The notes beneath the pieces were generated by a model that had not been told where the DNA came from, ran no database searches, and worked only from the letters and a program-made list of their open reading frames with translations. The translations under genes were made by a program, and so were the position numbers. A stretch of 64,000 nt of DNA from Synergistaceae bacterium (lineage in GTDB: Bacteria; Synergistota; Synergistia; Synergistales; Aminobacteriaceae), in the NCBI GenBank assembly GCA_017443985.1, contig JAFSXR010000030.1:516-64515 (forward strand), written 5' to 3'. Below are positions 62,590-64,000 of the stretch, one piece after another (within the stretch, counting starts at the first letter, position 1; each line of letters opens with the position of its first letter).

Positions 62590-63738
62590 TTGATTTATCC
62601 GCTGAACGTAAAAAATTATTCCGAACTTCTTGATATATGCAGAAAAATTCAGACTGACCCGCGAGCCTTCGCCTATCTTGCACCGAAATCAAATATTCTT
62701 CATTTTTATTCTGAACATGTCGATTACAGGGCAGCGGCGTTCTTGAAGCAGGAACTATTAGCACGCGGAGGCGACACGGTTGTTACAAAGCACGTCATCG
62801 ACGGCAAAACGGATTACAGCGACGTGCTTTTAATGGGAACGCCCTCGCAGTTAAAGAGCCTCATCGAAAAATTAAAATCAATGGACTGCTGGGGGCTGAA
62901 AAATTTTCGCGAAGAATTTTCTCGTGCCTTTGCAAATATTTTTATTAAAGAGTGGCGGATAAAATCCCACACGGGCCGCGAAATTATTTTAAGCAATGAC
63001 ACAAAGTTAATGGCGATCATGAATTTAACTCCCGATTCTTTTTACGCTGAAAGCCGTGTTAAAGAGGACGAAATTTTAACGAGGGCCGAAAAATTTTTGT
63101 CGCAGGGCGCGTACATTTTAGACTTGGGCGCGGAGTCAACCCGTCCGGGCTTTGAGCCTGTTGAACTTGACGAAGAAATTAAAAGGCTTCTGCCTGCGTT
63201 AAAAACTTTGCGGAAAAATTTTCCTGACGCTTTAATCTCCGTTGACACTTATAAATCTCAAGCCGCTGAAATTGCTCTCAACGAAGGCGCAGACATCATA
63301 AACGACATCAGCGGCTTTGAAGATAATAAAATGCCTGAAATTATTTCGCGCTTTAATGCTCCTTACGTCCTTTCACACATTAAGCCCGACAGACCAAGCG
63401 AAAATATTTTGAGCGACATAATTTTATATTTTCAAGAAAAGTTAAAAATTCTCGACGAGGCCGGAGTTAATCGCAGTCAATTAATTTTAGATCCGGGCTT
63501 GGGCTTCGGAAAAAATTCAGAAGAAAATTTCGCCATCATAAAAAATATTGAGAGCTTAAAAATTTTCGGGCTCCCGATTTTAATCGGGCACTCTCGAAAA
63601 AGATTCACAGGCAAAAATTTATTCGCCACTGTCGCTTTGTCGGGAATGTTATACGGACGCGCAAATATTTTGAGAGTTCATGACGTTGAAGAAAATTTAA
63701 CGGCTCTTTCAATGGCAAAGGCCATAAGTGAGGAATGA
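62590..63738 (+). CDS. folP: dihydropteroate synthase with ~140-aa N-terminal extension
   Basis: The pterin-binding domain begins at [13 protein letters not shown] and continues with [40 protein letters not shown] and LRVHDV. I prefer TTG 62590, 6 nt after SD AAGGAGG, over the ATG at 62539. Confidence 0.85.
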   Translation: MIYPLNVKNYSELLDICRKIQTDPRAFAYLAPKSNILHFYSEHVDYRAAAFLKQELLARGGDTVVTKHVIDGKTDYSDVLLMGTPSQLKSLIEKLKSMDCWGLKNFREEFSRAFANIFIKEWRIKSHTGREIILSNDTKLMAIMNLTPDSFYAESRVKEDEILTRAEKFLSQGAYILDLGAESTRPGFEPVELDEEIKRLLPALKTLRKNFPDALISVDTYKSQAAEIALNEGADIINDISGFEDNKMPEIISRFNAPYVLSHIKPDRPSENILSDIILYFQEKLKILDEAGVNRSQLILDPGLGFGKNSEENFAIIKNIESLKIFGLPILIGHSRKRFTGKNLFATVALSGMLYGRANILRVHDVEENLTALSMAKAISEE

Positions 63739-63793
63739 GGCGAAAAATGATAAAATTTCCGTAACAAAAAGAGAGGAGATTAAAATTTTTCTT

Positions 63794-64000
63794 ATGCCTG
63801 ATGAAAGAGAAAATTTAAGCGAAGAAAATATTAATAATAATAGCGAGAGTGAGGGTCGTATATTAAGACTTCCGCTCGTCGGCGAAATAAAGACAAGCTA
63901 TTTGAATTATGCCATGAGCGTCATTGTCGGACGCGCTCTGCCTGACGCAAGGGACGGACTTAAACCCGTTCAGCGCAGAGTGCTCTACGCAATGTCGGAG
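63794..64000 (+). CDS. gyrA: DNA gyrase subunit A, N-terminal fragment (3' end outside window)
   Basis: [37 protein letters not shown] is the invariant GyrA N-terminus. Confidence 0.9.
   Translation, partial: MPDERENLSEENINNNSESEGRILRLPLVGEIKTSYLNYAMSVIVGRALPDARDGLKPVQRRVLYAMSE

Noticed and set aside
1-64000. tRNA, rRNA, integrase, transposase, toxin-antitoxin or restriction-modification genes
   Set aside because: The intergenic gaps are short and are accounted for by promoters, terminators, the riboswitch and the two repeat families. I recognised no cloverleaf-like sequences or relevant protein motifs.

Overview
This is a gene-dense chromosomal segment, mostly coding, with roughly mid-40s % G+C by hand sampling. 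It appears to come from a diderm, flagellated, amino-acid-utilising anaerobe. The evidence for that is an LpxL-type acyltransferase, a TolC-like protein, a patatin-Omp85 protein, TRAP and several amino-acid ABC importers, and cdaA-cdaR. A Synergistota-like origin is only a guess. In order, the window holds: an MCP tail, a response regulator and a hybrid histidine kinase; mfd; an amino-acid ABC importer; a flavin-reductase-like gene; an ATPase + BtuF-like binding protein + AIR-synthase-like operon; TRAP dctQM; an lpxL-like gene, a ruvX-like gene and a cheX-like gene; a PlpD-like patatin/Omp85 protein; a giant fliD; trpS; pyk; cdaA-cdaR; a MacB-type permease, TolC-like protein and ATPase; a secreted 650-aa unknown protein; flgM-flgN followed by giant flgK and flgL; valS; a threonine-aldolase-like gene; a TPP-riboswitch-controlled thiamin salvage operon (thiM-thiE-HAD-[AT-rich orphan]-PTP-like-thiD-TPK); a second amino-acid ABC importer; hisHAF(IE)+PHP phosphatase fused to cbiF-cbiG; alaX; folP; and the gyrA 5' end. 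I saw no rRNA, tRNA, CRISPR array, transposase or integrase. Four things deserve a second look. (1) A strongly AT-rich single gene is inserted in the thiamin operon; it encodes a membrane-anchored protein with a degenerate Nudix box and a Cys-rich tail. (2) All three hook-associated proteins (FliD 1530 aa, FlgK 1391 aa, FlgL 1376 aa) are about 3-4x canonical size, with shared iterated modules and recent internal duplications. (3) A dispersed family of tandem 7-nt Shine-Dalgarno-like repeats (TAGGAGN)n usually sits just 5' of start codons, sometimes forms terminator arms, and three times lies in frame inside genes. (4) A ~160-bp AT-rich MITE-like element is present in 4 copies plus a possible mini copy; it has imperfect terminal inverted repeats and a conserved outward-facing promoter-like module.
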